Shown here piece after piece: positions 1-10,117 of a stretch of 50,761 nt of DNA (position 1 is its first letter; every line of letters starts with the position of its first letter). The position numbers and the translations under genes are program-made. Source of the stretch: Basidiobolus ranarum (Eukaryota); contig JASJQH010000017.1 in the NCBI GenBank assembly GCA_040143965.1, forward strand, positions 1-50,761. The letters run 5' to 3'. A model generated the notes under the pieces. It searched no databases and was not told the DNA's origin. It was given only the letters and a program-made list of their open reading frames with translations.

Positions 1-1157
1 ATAATAACCTCCATATTGTTTAAGATGTAATGAACAATCTCTACTGCACACTCTTGACGATTCCAAAAATCATTCTCATCCAAGTATCTATTCAACTTCA
101 GGTAAATATAGAGGAATTATTCGATTCAACGATTAATACAACATACCTAAATAGATATCTGCTGGTTAAGCCAACATTGGCAGCATTAGCGTTGTTCAGA
201 AGAGTTTTGAGGCATGACAATGCAAGCTCGTTAATATCTTCATCAGCTGTTTCCTCAGAATCTATGCTGTGACAATCTTGAGGTTTAGAATCACTAATTT
301 TGGCATCATTCCTAAATTGATGTTTTAATATCCAGCTTGTTAGAAAAGTGTACTAGTCATTGATATAACATACGCAGGATTCAAAAGGTTCACGTCAAGC
401 TCGGCGATGTCAATGTTGCATAAGAATGAAGGTAGAATAATACCAAGATGTTTTTTGGTATACGATGTCTTTCCAGAGGGCGAAGAGACGAAACTAGAAA
501 GAGCTCTCAACCCAAGTATACGCATTCTTAATCAACAAATACAATGAGTCAACAAAATCGATTAAAGCTAAACTGTCGGATGGTTACCTTCTGTTTACAT
601 CCGGAGAAGTGTCTAGACACTGACACCACTCACTGTACTTTGCTAATAGAACCTCTAGTAACGAAGATAATTCATTATCAATACCTAGAGAAGAACCGTC
701 GTAGGTTGAGCAAAATAAGCAGAACTATTGTGAAAGAAAAGAATAATAAGCTCTTTGCTCGAATAAATAGATAGTCTGTAGTTGGGTAAGTAGAACATAC
801 AGTTTGAACGGCAGCCACCATAGAATCGTAAACCTCAGTTTTTAAGACCATAGTAATGGAGTTCAAAACACCTTTAGCAAACAGGTTGACATCTCGAGTG
901 CAACCACGCAATAATTCGTTCCATATTGCTAGTGATACCTCGACATCGGTGAGTTTTCTTCTATTTGCGTCATGAGCCACTCGCTTTTCTAAGTAACGCG
1001 CAACCTTAAGTAATTTAACTGGTCTAGAGCTAGCGTAAAAAATAAGGTAGGAAGTTTCACTAGGCTTAGGGCCCTTTTGGGTAGTTTGTCGAGGGTAGCA
1101 GTTTTCTATTAACTTGGCGTGTTTAGTGAAAATCAAGTGAGTTACCGAGCGCACCAT
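1..1157 (-). CDS. EFR3: EFR3 plasma-membrane PI4-kinase scaffold protein, 5' part, multi-exon, runs off the window start
   Basis: The N-terminus KHAKLIENCYP...PKPSETSYLIFYASSRPVKLLKVARYLEKRV matches the conserved Efr3 N-terminus. Exon 1 is 1157..801, followed by a GTATGT donor. A downstream exon reads MRILGLRALSSFVSS. Confidence 0.9.
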
Positions 1158-1904
1158 GATGGTAATACTCGGGGATGGTTGAAATGAAATGGAGAATGTA
1201 CTTAAGTTGAAGGGATATTAAGCTAAAAAAGTTGTAGTAATAGTTCTATGAAGAAACGCAAGAGATAGTCAAAGTAATTAATTTGGCAAGTATACAAGAA
1301 TAACTCAAACGAAAAGAGCCGCGTACTAGAAACCTGTCTATTGTTGATTGGGAAGTACAATTGAGAAAATGGATGGTATATAATTCAACTAGTGACACTC
1401 GAACTAAAATAGAAGCATGCAAGATATATGGGGATGGAAAGGAAATATCTAGCAATTTATCTACAGCTGGAAGCTGCACATCTCTTGCATTGATTCATCT
1501 TATGCTTACCAATGAATTGAAGCCGATTGGAAGCGACTGATATCAGAGTTCATCCAAAAGCTACAACTGGTACAAGTGATAGATTGATTTAATTTCAATA
1601 TATTTGATGCGGCTTCAAGCTCGACCTGATTCAGCATAGCCAACTCATATCCGAAATAAACAGTCCGTTCACCCGACATCTTATCCTAAACGGGCGTTGT
1701 TTGCTTCCTGCCCTAAGTAAAACCGATTAGTTAAAATATCGAGTTCTTTGAGTTTTAATTTGCTGAATTCTAGATTGAGGTAAATGAGTACACAACTCAT
1801 ATGAAAATACTTATTTATAAGTCAAATGATATTGAAATGTTTTAGAATAGTCATATGACTTTATTTATATATACATTAAACAACTCTAGTGAGGGTGAGA
1901 TATC

Positions 1905-4142
1905 TCACATCATCCATAAGGGTTGGGCATCATCGATTTCTTCCCAGCTGTACTTCGCTGTTGCATTTTTGGCTGGTTCTTGCTCATTTTCAGAGACTAC
2001 CTCATCTTCTTGGAAAATATTCCAAACTTGAAAGCTTTCTTCCTGTGACTGGAATCTTGATGTTACCTCATTACCCTCCGGTTCAACAGCCGTGTACTTG
2101 TTTAGCCAGCCCAATACTTCGTGATGCCAACGAATTGAGTTGCTGGGCTTAAGAGTCCAATGGTTTTCATCAGGGAAATACAGTAGACGAGATGGAATTC
2201 CTTGACGCTGAAGAGCGGTGAAAGTAGATAAACCAGCACCATCTACAATTCTGTAATCCTTACCACCATGTATGACTAGAGTGGGAGTAGTCCATTTATT
2301 GACATACTTGGAAGGTGACCAGTGTTGATAGACTCGTTTTGCCTTTGGATCCCATGGTGTACCTCCAAAGTCAAATTCGGGGAAGTAAAGCTCCTCAGTA
2401 GTGTAGTAAAGGTCAATAGTATCAAAAACTCCATCATGATTAACAAAACAATTGAATCGCTTAGTATGTCCATTTAGCCAGTTAATCATGTAACCGCCAT
2501 AGCTAGCTCCTAAAGCGCACATACGGGAACTATCAATAAAGCTATATTCATCGAGAACATAGTCTAGTCCCATCATTAGATCGCGGTAAGGCGCTCCACC
2601 CCAATTCTTATTAATTTGATCGGTGAATTTTTGCCCGTATCCGGTAGATCCTCGTGGGTTGATGGCAACAACAACGTAACCAGCAGAGGCATAGATTTGT
2701 GGGTTCCATAGGAAGTTGAATCCATCGGTCCATGCACCTTGAGGCCCACCATGTATTAAAAATGCTAGAGGATACTTTTTCTTGGGATCAAAATCAATCG
2801 GCTTGAAAATAAATCCATGAACGCTATCCCCGTAGCTTCCCTTGAACCAAAACTCTTCCGGTTTAGCCATGTACACGTCTTGAAGTTTGCTCTTATGAAG
2901 ATCTGTATGTTGAGCGATTCTTCCGCTTCTAGGAGATATGGTAAACACCTCAGCAGGGTAGGTGAAAGAGCTCATCATCATAAGTAAATGTCCATAATAC
3001 CCACGGAAAGGAGTCAACCCCCAAGCGTAATGATCTTGTGATAGTCGAGATATGCGTTCATTATGAACGTGAATCGAAAATGTTTTTGCTTTTCCCTCTT
3101 CTTCAGCGACAACATACAATATTTTCGAGTCCTTCGACCAACTCAGACTAGAAGGACTGCGATCCCAATCCTCAGCAACATATCGGCGCTGATCGCTACT
3201 TCTATCATACAGGACAATTCGACGGCGATCAGCTTCATAGCCGGGAGTTTCCATCTGTAGCCATGCCAAATATTTACCATTAGGTGAATAAGTGGGAGAA
3301 GAACAAGCTCCACGATTGGACTCAGTGAGGGTAGTTGGTTTTTGATCTCCAGATATGGGAGCTACGTATATTTTAGTGTCTGTTTCCCATGCTTGATCTC
3401 TTCCAGGTTTTTTAGCCAAGAATGCAATTTCGCGACCGTCTGGAGAAATGTCATAGTCATGAGATCCGCCAAAAGGTTCGACAGGGGATTCTAATTGTGT
3501 TTCTTGCATAATATTTACAGGTCTTGATGATAGATTAAAGGCGTTACGCTGTCTTTCTATGCCAACCGTAAATATTTGGGCCTTTTTGTTTTGTATAAAG
3601 TGATCCCAATGACGAACAAAAAGTTCATCAAATACCAGTGCCGAATCAACTTTCGTAGATTTTTCGTGGTCCAAACGAGCAGCCTCTTCCATGGAGCCAT
3701 CTTCGTATACCGAAGAAGTAAAAGTTAATAACGACTTGTCAGCATTGTACTTGATATTAGCAATGCCGGTTGGAAACTGGGTAATTTGAACTGGCTCAGT
3801 ACGTGCAGTAATCGAAACAGACCATAGTTGGGAAGAGTTTGAACGATCCGAAATAAAACCAACATTAGAAGAGTCTAACCAAACAGGCTCTCTATCTCCA
3901 TATGTACTTGGGGCAGTGAGAGATAGAACCTTGCCAGTAACAAGACTTAATAATTCGAGATTTCTATAGAACTTGCTTTCTTCAATAGAATAACGCCCTT
4001 TACTCAGCACAGCCCAGTGTCCATCTGGCGAAGGTATAGCAGCCGATGGACGGTCAAGACTTACCAAATCCTCGATGGTGAAGGGCCGAAGGGCAGACAC
4101 TACTGTTGCAAACGCAAAGCAGCAATAATTTGGCCACCTCAT
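1905..4142 (-). CDS. DPP5: Secreted dipeptidyl-peptidase V (peptidase S9 family), intronless
   Basis: The first ATG is at 4142 (MRWPNYCCFAFATVVSA, signal-peptide-like), followed by a beta-propeller region. Catalytic-domain motifs are IHGGPQ, NPRGSTGYG, GASYGG (nucleophile Ser), HGGKDYRI (Asp) and FPDENHW (His). Confidence 0.92.
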   Translation of the reverse strand: MRWPNYCCFAFATVVSALRPFTIEDLVSLDRPSAAIPSPDGHWAVLSKGRYSIEESKFYRNLELLSLVTGKVLSLTAPSTYGDREPVWLDSSNVGFISDRSNSSQLWSVSITARTEPVQITQFPTGIANIKYNADKSLLTFTSSVYEDGSMEEAARLDHEKSTKVDSALVFDELFVRHWDHFIQNKKAQIFTVGIERQRNAFNLSSRPVNIMQETQLESPVEPFGGSHDYDISPDGREIAFLAKKPGRDQAWETDTKIYVAPISGDQKPTTLTESNRGACSSPTYSPNGKYLAWLQMETPGYEADRRRIVLYDRSSDQRRYVAEDWDRSPSSLSWSKDSKILYVVAEEEGKAKTFSIHVHNERISRLSQDHYAWGLTPFRGYYGHLLMMMSSFTYPAEVFTISPRSGRIAQHTDLHKSKLQDVYMAKPEEFWFKGSYGDSVHGFIFKPIDFDPKKKYPLAFLIHGGPQGAWTDGFNFLWNPQIYASAGYVVVAINPRGSTGYGQKFTDQINKNWGGAPYRDLMMGLDYVLDEYSFIDSSRMCALGASYGGYMINWLNGHTKRFNCFVNHDGVFDTIDLYYTTEELYFPEFDFGGTPWDPKAKRVYQHWSPSKYVNKWTTPTLVIHGGKDYRIVDGAGLSTFTALQRQGIPSRLLYFPDENHWTLKPSNSIRWHHEVLGWLNKYTAVEPEGNEVTSRFQSQEESFQVWNIFQEDEVVSENEQEPAKNATAKYSWEEIDDAQPLWMM

Positions 4143-5135
4143 GACAGTTAGAAATAAGTTAAATGGAGTAAGATCTTTAAGAAAGCAGTTATAAGAATGA
4201 CAAATTAGTGTCCGTAGCGCCACTCATATTTATATTTATAATCAAGTGTCCACGCGTTTTCAGGCTCGTCATGACTCACAGGGAAAACATAATTTGTAAC
4301 ACAGCCACCGTCAACGTGATTGTTATCTTAAAAAGGAAAACCAAGAGCTGATTTGCTCCTGTTCACTGAATGAGTTCCCAAAAGAGACGACATCCAGAAT
4401 GCAACAAGGGATAAATTATTACGATAGAAGTGAGTTTAAGGGGCAATGAGCTTCACGGAGCAAGACCTACCTCACATGGGCATTTGATACGATTGTAGTT
4501 GAAGCCTACCACTAGCCTACGAATAGTGATATTTTGTGAAAATGCAACACGTATTATTTCAGGCGTTCTAGTCCAAGAGATTAGAATATTCACAAGGATT
4601 CGCCATGGTTAGGAATCGTGGTAGTATAATAATTTCAAGAATTTTTGAGGCTTATACTGATCATCAGAATCACCTAAAAGAATCTTTATTCGTCAACTGG
4701 AACCAACAATTAAAGAAGACATAGATTTGATTGAATATAAGACAAACTCGACTATGATGCGAGAAAGATACCAAGTTTGATTTGTAAAAGTCAACCAAAA
4801 AGCATGACATCGAAAGAAGAATCACAAATCTAACTAGAATTAAGATTTGATAGATTCTGATAGAAAAGATGTTATATGATAGTGAAGTACATATTTTCCT
4901 GATCCAATGGCATATACGAATTGGCAGCGGTGGAAAAGAACCTGTATTAAACATTCGGAATCAAAGGCGCTAAATGAAGTTGTGGTTAAATCATATTTTT
5001 CCCTAATGTAAATAAACGGGATATTCTGGGGATAGTTGCATGCGATTAAGACATAAAATAGCTTCCATTTCAACTTACGGCCACACTTCCTACTCCGCTT
5101 AGCATCAAACCGCTTCCACTTTGTAAGGTTGCAAA

Positions 5136-5765
5136 TTACCGGCGACGTACGGAAAGTGATTCCCAAGAATTACTCATAACATTACCACCTTGATGGATGT
5201 TAGGGAATGACCAACGACGTCCAGTAGGAGGTCCGTTTGTGGGAGATGCCTGAGGTTGATTTAAGTATGTATTGTGGCGTTCAAATTGGCGTATGTAAAG
5301 CGACCATTGAGAAAATTCCTCTGAAGATACATATGTATTGTACTTGATCATAGTAAGCAATTTGGTCTCCCATTGATTAAGAATATCCAGGGATAGTCCA
5401 CTCAACTGACACCAAGTACGGTTGGCATAGGTACAGTCCTCAAGACTTTTATGAGCCAGTACAAGTGCCGCTAGGAACAAATTGAATTCGAAATCCTGCT
5501 CTTTTCTTAGCACTCCAGCGAATTCTTTGATCCTTTGGACATATTTCAAAGCTAGGTATACTGTTGCGGTGGATATGGCACTCTTTGTAACTACATTGTG
5601 GCAAAAGTGGGTAAAAAAGGCGCCTGATACTCGACACGACCTCTCTTCCTGCTTGTGAAGCATAGTAAACATCAGTTCAGAAGCCAACTTCGATAACGAG
5701 TAAACCTTCTCCTTTGAGAAAGTGGCTAACTGTGCTTGTTCGAATGGAAGAAGATTGTACATCAT
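5136..5765 (-). CDS. Pho80/Pcl/Clg1-type cyclin-box protein, single exon
   Basis: TVYLALKYVQRIK...LFLAALVLAHKSLEDCTYANRTWCQLSGL...LNQWETKLL...YVSSEEF follows the fungal Pcl cyclin pattern. The first ATG is at 5765. Confidence 0.8.
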   Translation of the reverse strand: MMYNLLPFEQAQLATFSKEKVYSLSKLASELMFTMLHKQEERSCRVSGAFFTHFCHNVVTKSAISTATVYLALKYVQRIKEFAGVLRKEQDFEFNLFLAALVLAHKSLEDCTYANRTWCQLSGLSLDILNQWETKLLTMIKYNTYVSSEEFSQWSLYIRQFERHNTYLNQPQASPTNGPPTGRRWSFPNIHQGGNVMSNSWESLSVRRR

Positions 5766-6738
5766 GATTATGAATAAAGATATCAAGCAGATTGGGAGAG
5801 TTAGTAGGTTTGTCAGCAATGAGATTGGATTAAATTACAAAATTGAAGAGAACTCCAAGTATATGTTTCGTTCTTATCAAAATATATAAACTAGAAAAGA
5901 CTCCGTAGATACAGGAGCTCACCTAGAAACCCGGTATTTTGCACCTCGCAATACTATACATTTTTTAACAATAACATAAATCAATATAGTCGGTGTTTCA
6001 TTGCACTTTCCCTTCGCCAACATCTACCACTGATGCAAGTTTGACTGAAATTGAACTACATTGTTTATCTCCTAAAATTCACCGGCCCCAGTCTTAAGAA
6101 CCTAATCTCTCACTTACCTCTTAAGGTGTTGTAACAGCTTCATGCAGAGCTGTTGATTGTAAACTCTTTAACATTACGTCTCTTTTGTTTGAATCCATGT
6201 AGCCTCCAGATTGCCTTTCCCATCGTTTGTTTTCATCTTGCATGAACCATTCCGATGACAAAAATCCAGTCACACACTGGCAATGAGTTGATGTTATGTG
6301 TGGCTGATTTATTTGATCATTCATTGGAGTGGTTAAGAAAGCAACCTCGCAGCTAAGAGAATCAAAATAGATTTATTAAGATATAATATTACCATCTACT
6401 AATATCTTCTAGAATGAAATTAGAGCTACTACCTTTGAAGCGAAAAAGACAAAAAAACTCATCACCAATATTTATCGAAACAAATAGAGAAGTCGAAGAA
6501 AAACTGAGACTTTAAAAATTATATGCATAAAAAAGACCCGAAAAAAGGACATTAGTTAACTGTGGAACTCGACTGATGTAGGAATGCCCACTTGGTAGCT
6601 ATTTAAAAATTACTAAATCCCAACCTCTGAGATCTCCTTCGGGGCCGTTGAATTTAGAAAGATAAACAAGGGATTCTAATTAACTTTGAACACGAAATAG
6701 GGTAGAAGAGTGAATATAGTTATTCTGGGATATGTCTA

Positions 6739-7879
6739 TTATTCTTGCGGAGATTGGTGTGGTTGCCCTTGCCCCGGTGTCGTATAGGCAGCTCCGGTGG
6801 GTGCACGCATCTGGTATTGCTGAGACTGCTGCATCTGCTGTTGGAGTTGTAGTTGGTACTGTTGAAGCTGTTCCTGAGTAAACTACACAAGAAAATAGTT
6901 AACATCAATGAGATGAAATGAGGATATAGCTTAGATAATTGACACTTACCTGCTGGTAATACGCCGGATCAATCACACGTTGGTCTACAGCAAGCCCCTT
7001 TAAATAAGGTGTGAGTATAAAATACAGATAAACTAGGAAAGACCCTAACTTACTCCTTGATATGGTGAAAGTCCAGCAGCTTGGTAGTAAGCAGCATAAG
7101 CATTGGGATCATAAATATCCGACTAGATATGCAATTCAATTAGCAACACGCAGTCTAAAGCCGCTTTGAATAGCAAGATAACTTACTTCTTCTTTGGGTC
7201 TTTTGGCCTTGGATAAGTCTTCACGAGGAACAATATCAATGAGAAAGTCGAATTGATCTGATTTACTCACTGCACTTGCCACGTCACTTCGTTGCAAAGT
7301 GCGACGCTTATTTTCTTCCGCGTGCATCCAGGCACGCATCGTTATCTCAGTAATGAAAATTTCGCAAGCTTTGGAGAACAGTATGGGCGCCTAGAAACGT
7401 ATTAATCAACTCAATTCTCACAAAAAACGGAGCAATACAGCTAATAAGATATCTTACTTCGGCACTGATCATCTATAAAAAATGGTTAATATCTTGCTTA
7501 ATGATTATGTGGGTATAAACATATTTGAATCATGGATTCAAAGTTACTCTACCTTCACATCCTCATCGGTTTTCATAACTTTTTTAATTCTAGCCAAAGG
7601 GAGAGGGTGCAACTTGAAGTCGGAGTCGTAGGTTTCCGCGATAGATACTTGACTTGCCCAAAAGTTCTGCAGGAATTGATCCTGTTGGGAGAGCTGTTGG
7701 TTTGTAGTTTGAACTTGTGGTTGAGTATGACCAGTAGCTACGTGTACTGTTGTTGGTTGTTGAATTTGAGATTGAACTTGTGGATATCCAGCGTTGGCGA
7801 CATGTTCTATCCCAGAGTTTGTAAGAGGTGACATATTTTGGTAAGGTAACTGACCAGAGGTGGTGACAGGTAAAGACAT
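6739..7879 (-). CDS. HAP5: CCAAT-binding factor subunit NF-YC/Hap5, 6 exons
   Basis: The spliced histone fold reads [78 protein letters not shown]. The N- and C-termini are Gln-rich and the TAA stop is at 6741..6739. Confidence 0.95.
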
Positions 7880-8114
7880 TGAAGCAGTAGTCTAGGAACT
7901 CACTAACACAACGTTATTGGACTTGTAGAAGTATAAAATAATAAATGGGAACTATCGAAACCTGTATACGCCCAACTCTCGGAAAAGCAGATTCTATAAG
8001 GTCTTGGTTTTTAGATCACATAACGCGCTTTATTTAAACAATACCCTACAAAATCTGCAGTAAGACGCGCTCATATTTTTGTGAACTATGACTTCAAAAT
8101 GAGGATGGATTTGT

Positions 8115-8123
8115 AGCCAATCA
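8115..8123 (+). promoter_or_regulatory. CCAAT box (AGCCAATCA) in the HAP5/dUTPase divergent promoter
   Basis: The 9-mer matches the NF-Y consensus RRCCAATSR. ACGCG cores lie nearby at ~8023 and ~8065. Function is not shown. Confidence 0.4.
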
Positions 8124-8431
8124 TATGCGCATTCACACAATTAATATCAGAAAAAACGAAAACCACAATGTTTCAGTATACATTCTCCACCATTGCTTAT
8201 ATTTTTGATAGAAAACGATTGATACTTATAATGCAAGATCCAATCTGTCGTACATAAAGTTAGTTAAATCTTGCTCACTTGATAGTTAAATTTAAGAGGC
8301 GAGTTGAATACAAGTAGGGTCAACCGCAATTTAAAGAATCTGAATAAGGAAAATAATTGTTTGTTGATTTCACCAATACTTCCCGTGTCGATATCGTGTT
8401 TTCAATATTTCTGCTTCCATAAATACTGCCC

Positions 8432-9156
8432 ATGTTTTCTTTAAAATTCAATTACCTTCAAACTTTCGGGAAACCCCTATCTTCTTACTACAGAACAGTT
8501 TCGTCCGGCATTATGGGTTCTAATAACATTGTTTCTACTGACTGCGATGTCAAGGTGTTAAAACGCAAATATTCTTCAGAGCCAAACCCTACTCCTGAAA
8601 AGATCGCAAATCTCAGGATAAAAAAACTCAGCGATAAAGGTAGAGCTCCTGTTAGAAGCAGTGCTGGGGCTGCCGGTTATGATTTGTTTAGGTAAACATA
8701 ATATTCAATTGCTTTGAAGTACCAACGTTCTAAACTTATTATGCAGTGCTGAAGAGGTTGTACTTGAGCCTCATTCTCGTGCAGTTGTCAAAACTGATAT
8801 TAGTATTCATGTTCCTCATGGAACATACGGTAGAGTCGCACCTAGAAGCGGGCTTGCTGTCAAAAATTTCATTGACGTAGGTGCTGGAGTTGTCGACGAG
8901 GATTACAGGGTATTTATTTTTGTGCTTCGTATATATATATCGCATCATGTGGCTGATATTAGTTTATCATTATTAGGGTAATCTTGGTGTAGTTTTATTT
9001 AACTTCCACAAGGAGGAGTCTTTCAAAATCAACGTTGGTGACCGTATTGCCCAATTGGTTTTGGAGAGAATTGTTACACCCGATGTTGAAGTAGTTGAGG
9101 AGCTAGAAGATTCTGTTCGCGGTGCTGGTGGTTTCGGTTCTACTGGCAAAAACTGA
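8432..9156 (+). CDS. DUT1: dUTP diphosphatase (trimeric dUTPase), 3 exons
   Basis: All five dUTPase motifs appear after splicing: [35 protein letters not shown] and [10 protein letters not shown]. There are two in-frame ATGs (8432 and 8513) and a TGA at 9154..9156. Confidence 0.96.
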
Positions 9157-9298
9157 TTCACATTTGGAAAAGTGTATCTTCTTGTAAATACATCATTTTT
9201 ATTTGTGAACATTTTTAAGTAATAAATATTCGTTTCCAAAGTTCATTGTGTGTTCAAAATGATAACTATTACTTTGTAACATATTGACTTGGTAATAC

Positions 9299-9783
9299 TT
9301 AATTCTTCAAGAAGTAACCATATCGAGCGGTCATGATTAAACTGTAATGATATGAGAGTAAGTTTGACGTTATCAATGACAATTTTAAGTAATTCTCACC
9401 TAAGAAGTGTAATTAGCCCAGCGGGCATCAATTTTCTACCGCGGTAGTATTTCTTTCCCATGATCCATAGAAGTGTTGCACTCACACCTATAGACACACT
9501 TTAGCGACTTCTCATAGTAATTACACGTAAGTAGAGAAATGAATATAATCATTTACCAAAGGCAACATAGGCATCCTTTGTATTCTCGCTAACTCTGGAA
9601 GCACCATACGCGATAAGCCCACCAAAAGCAACTCCTGAAGCTAGGGAGGGCGTACTTCCTGGGCTAAAGTTAATATACACTTGGTGAAATATTTATGGAA
9701 GTATATATACCTGCTTTAACATAGCCGATAATTCCTCCAGCAGCAACAAGAGTTCCATATCCATAGCCAAGGTAGTCAGTCAT
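9299..9783 (-). CDS. TMEM14: TMEM14-family small membrane protein, 4 exons (absent from the ORF track)
   Basis: The spliced product is MTDYLGYGYGTLVAAGGIIGYVKA|GSTPSLASGVAFGGLIAYGASRVSENTKDAYVAF|GVSATLLWIMGKKYYRGRKLMPAGLITLLS|LIMTARYGYFLKN*. GGIxGYxKxGSxPSL and KxMPAG are family hallmarks. Confidence 0.9.
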
Positions 9784-10117
9784 CGTAGATATAAAAGTAG
9801 AGAAGTGAAACTAGTTCAAGTTGATGTGTTAAGAGCAATCGAAGATAGGGCTAAATACATTCACAATACTGAGACGTAGCCATGTCTAGATTTACCAACT
9901 ACTAGCAATTTTATGCAGTTCTTTTTTAAAATCGATATTTAAGAGTTTTTCCGTGCTGTTCATGAAAATAAGATGGAATAGTTCGATAACATCTAACTGT
10001 TGAATTTTCATCACTTTTAACAGATTGAAAAGTCGGTCACATATTGTGTAAGTACATGGATTTTGACTTTTAATTCTATTAAGTGAAAGTCGTATAGACA
10101 TTGACTTCACAAATTCA

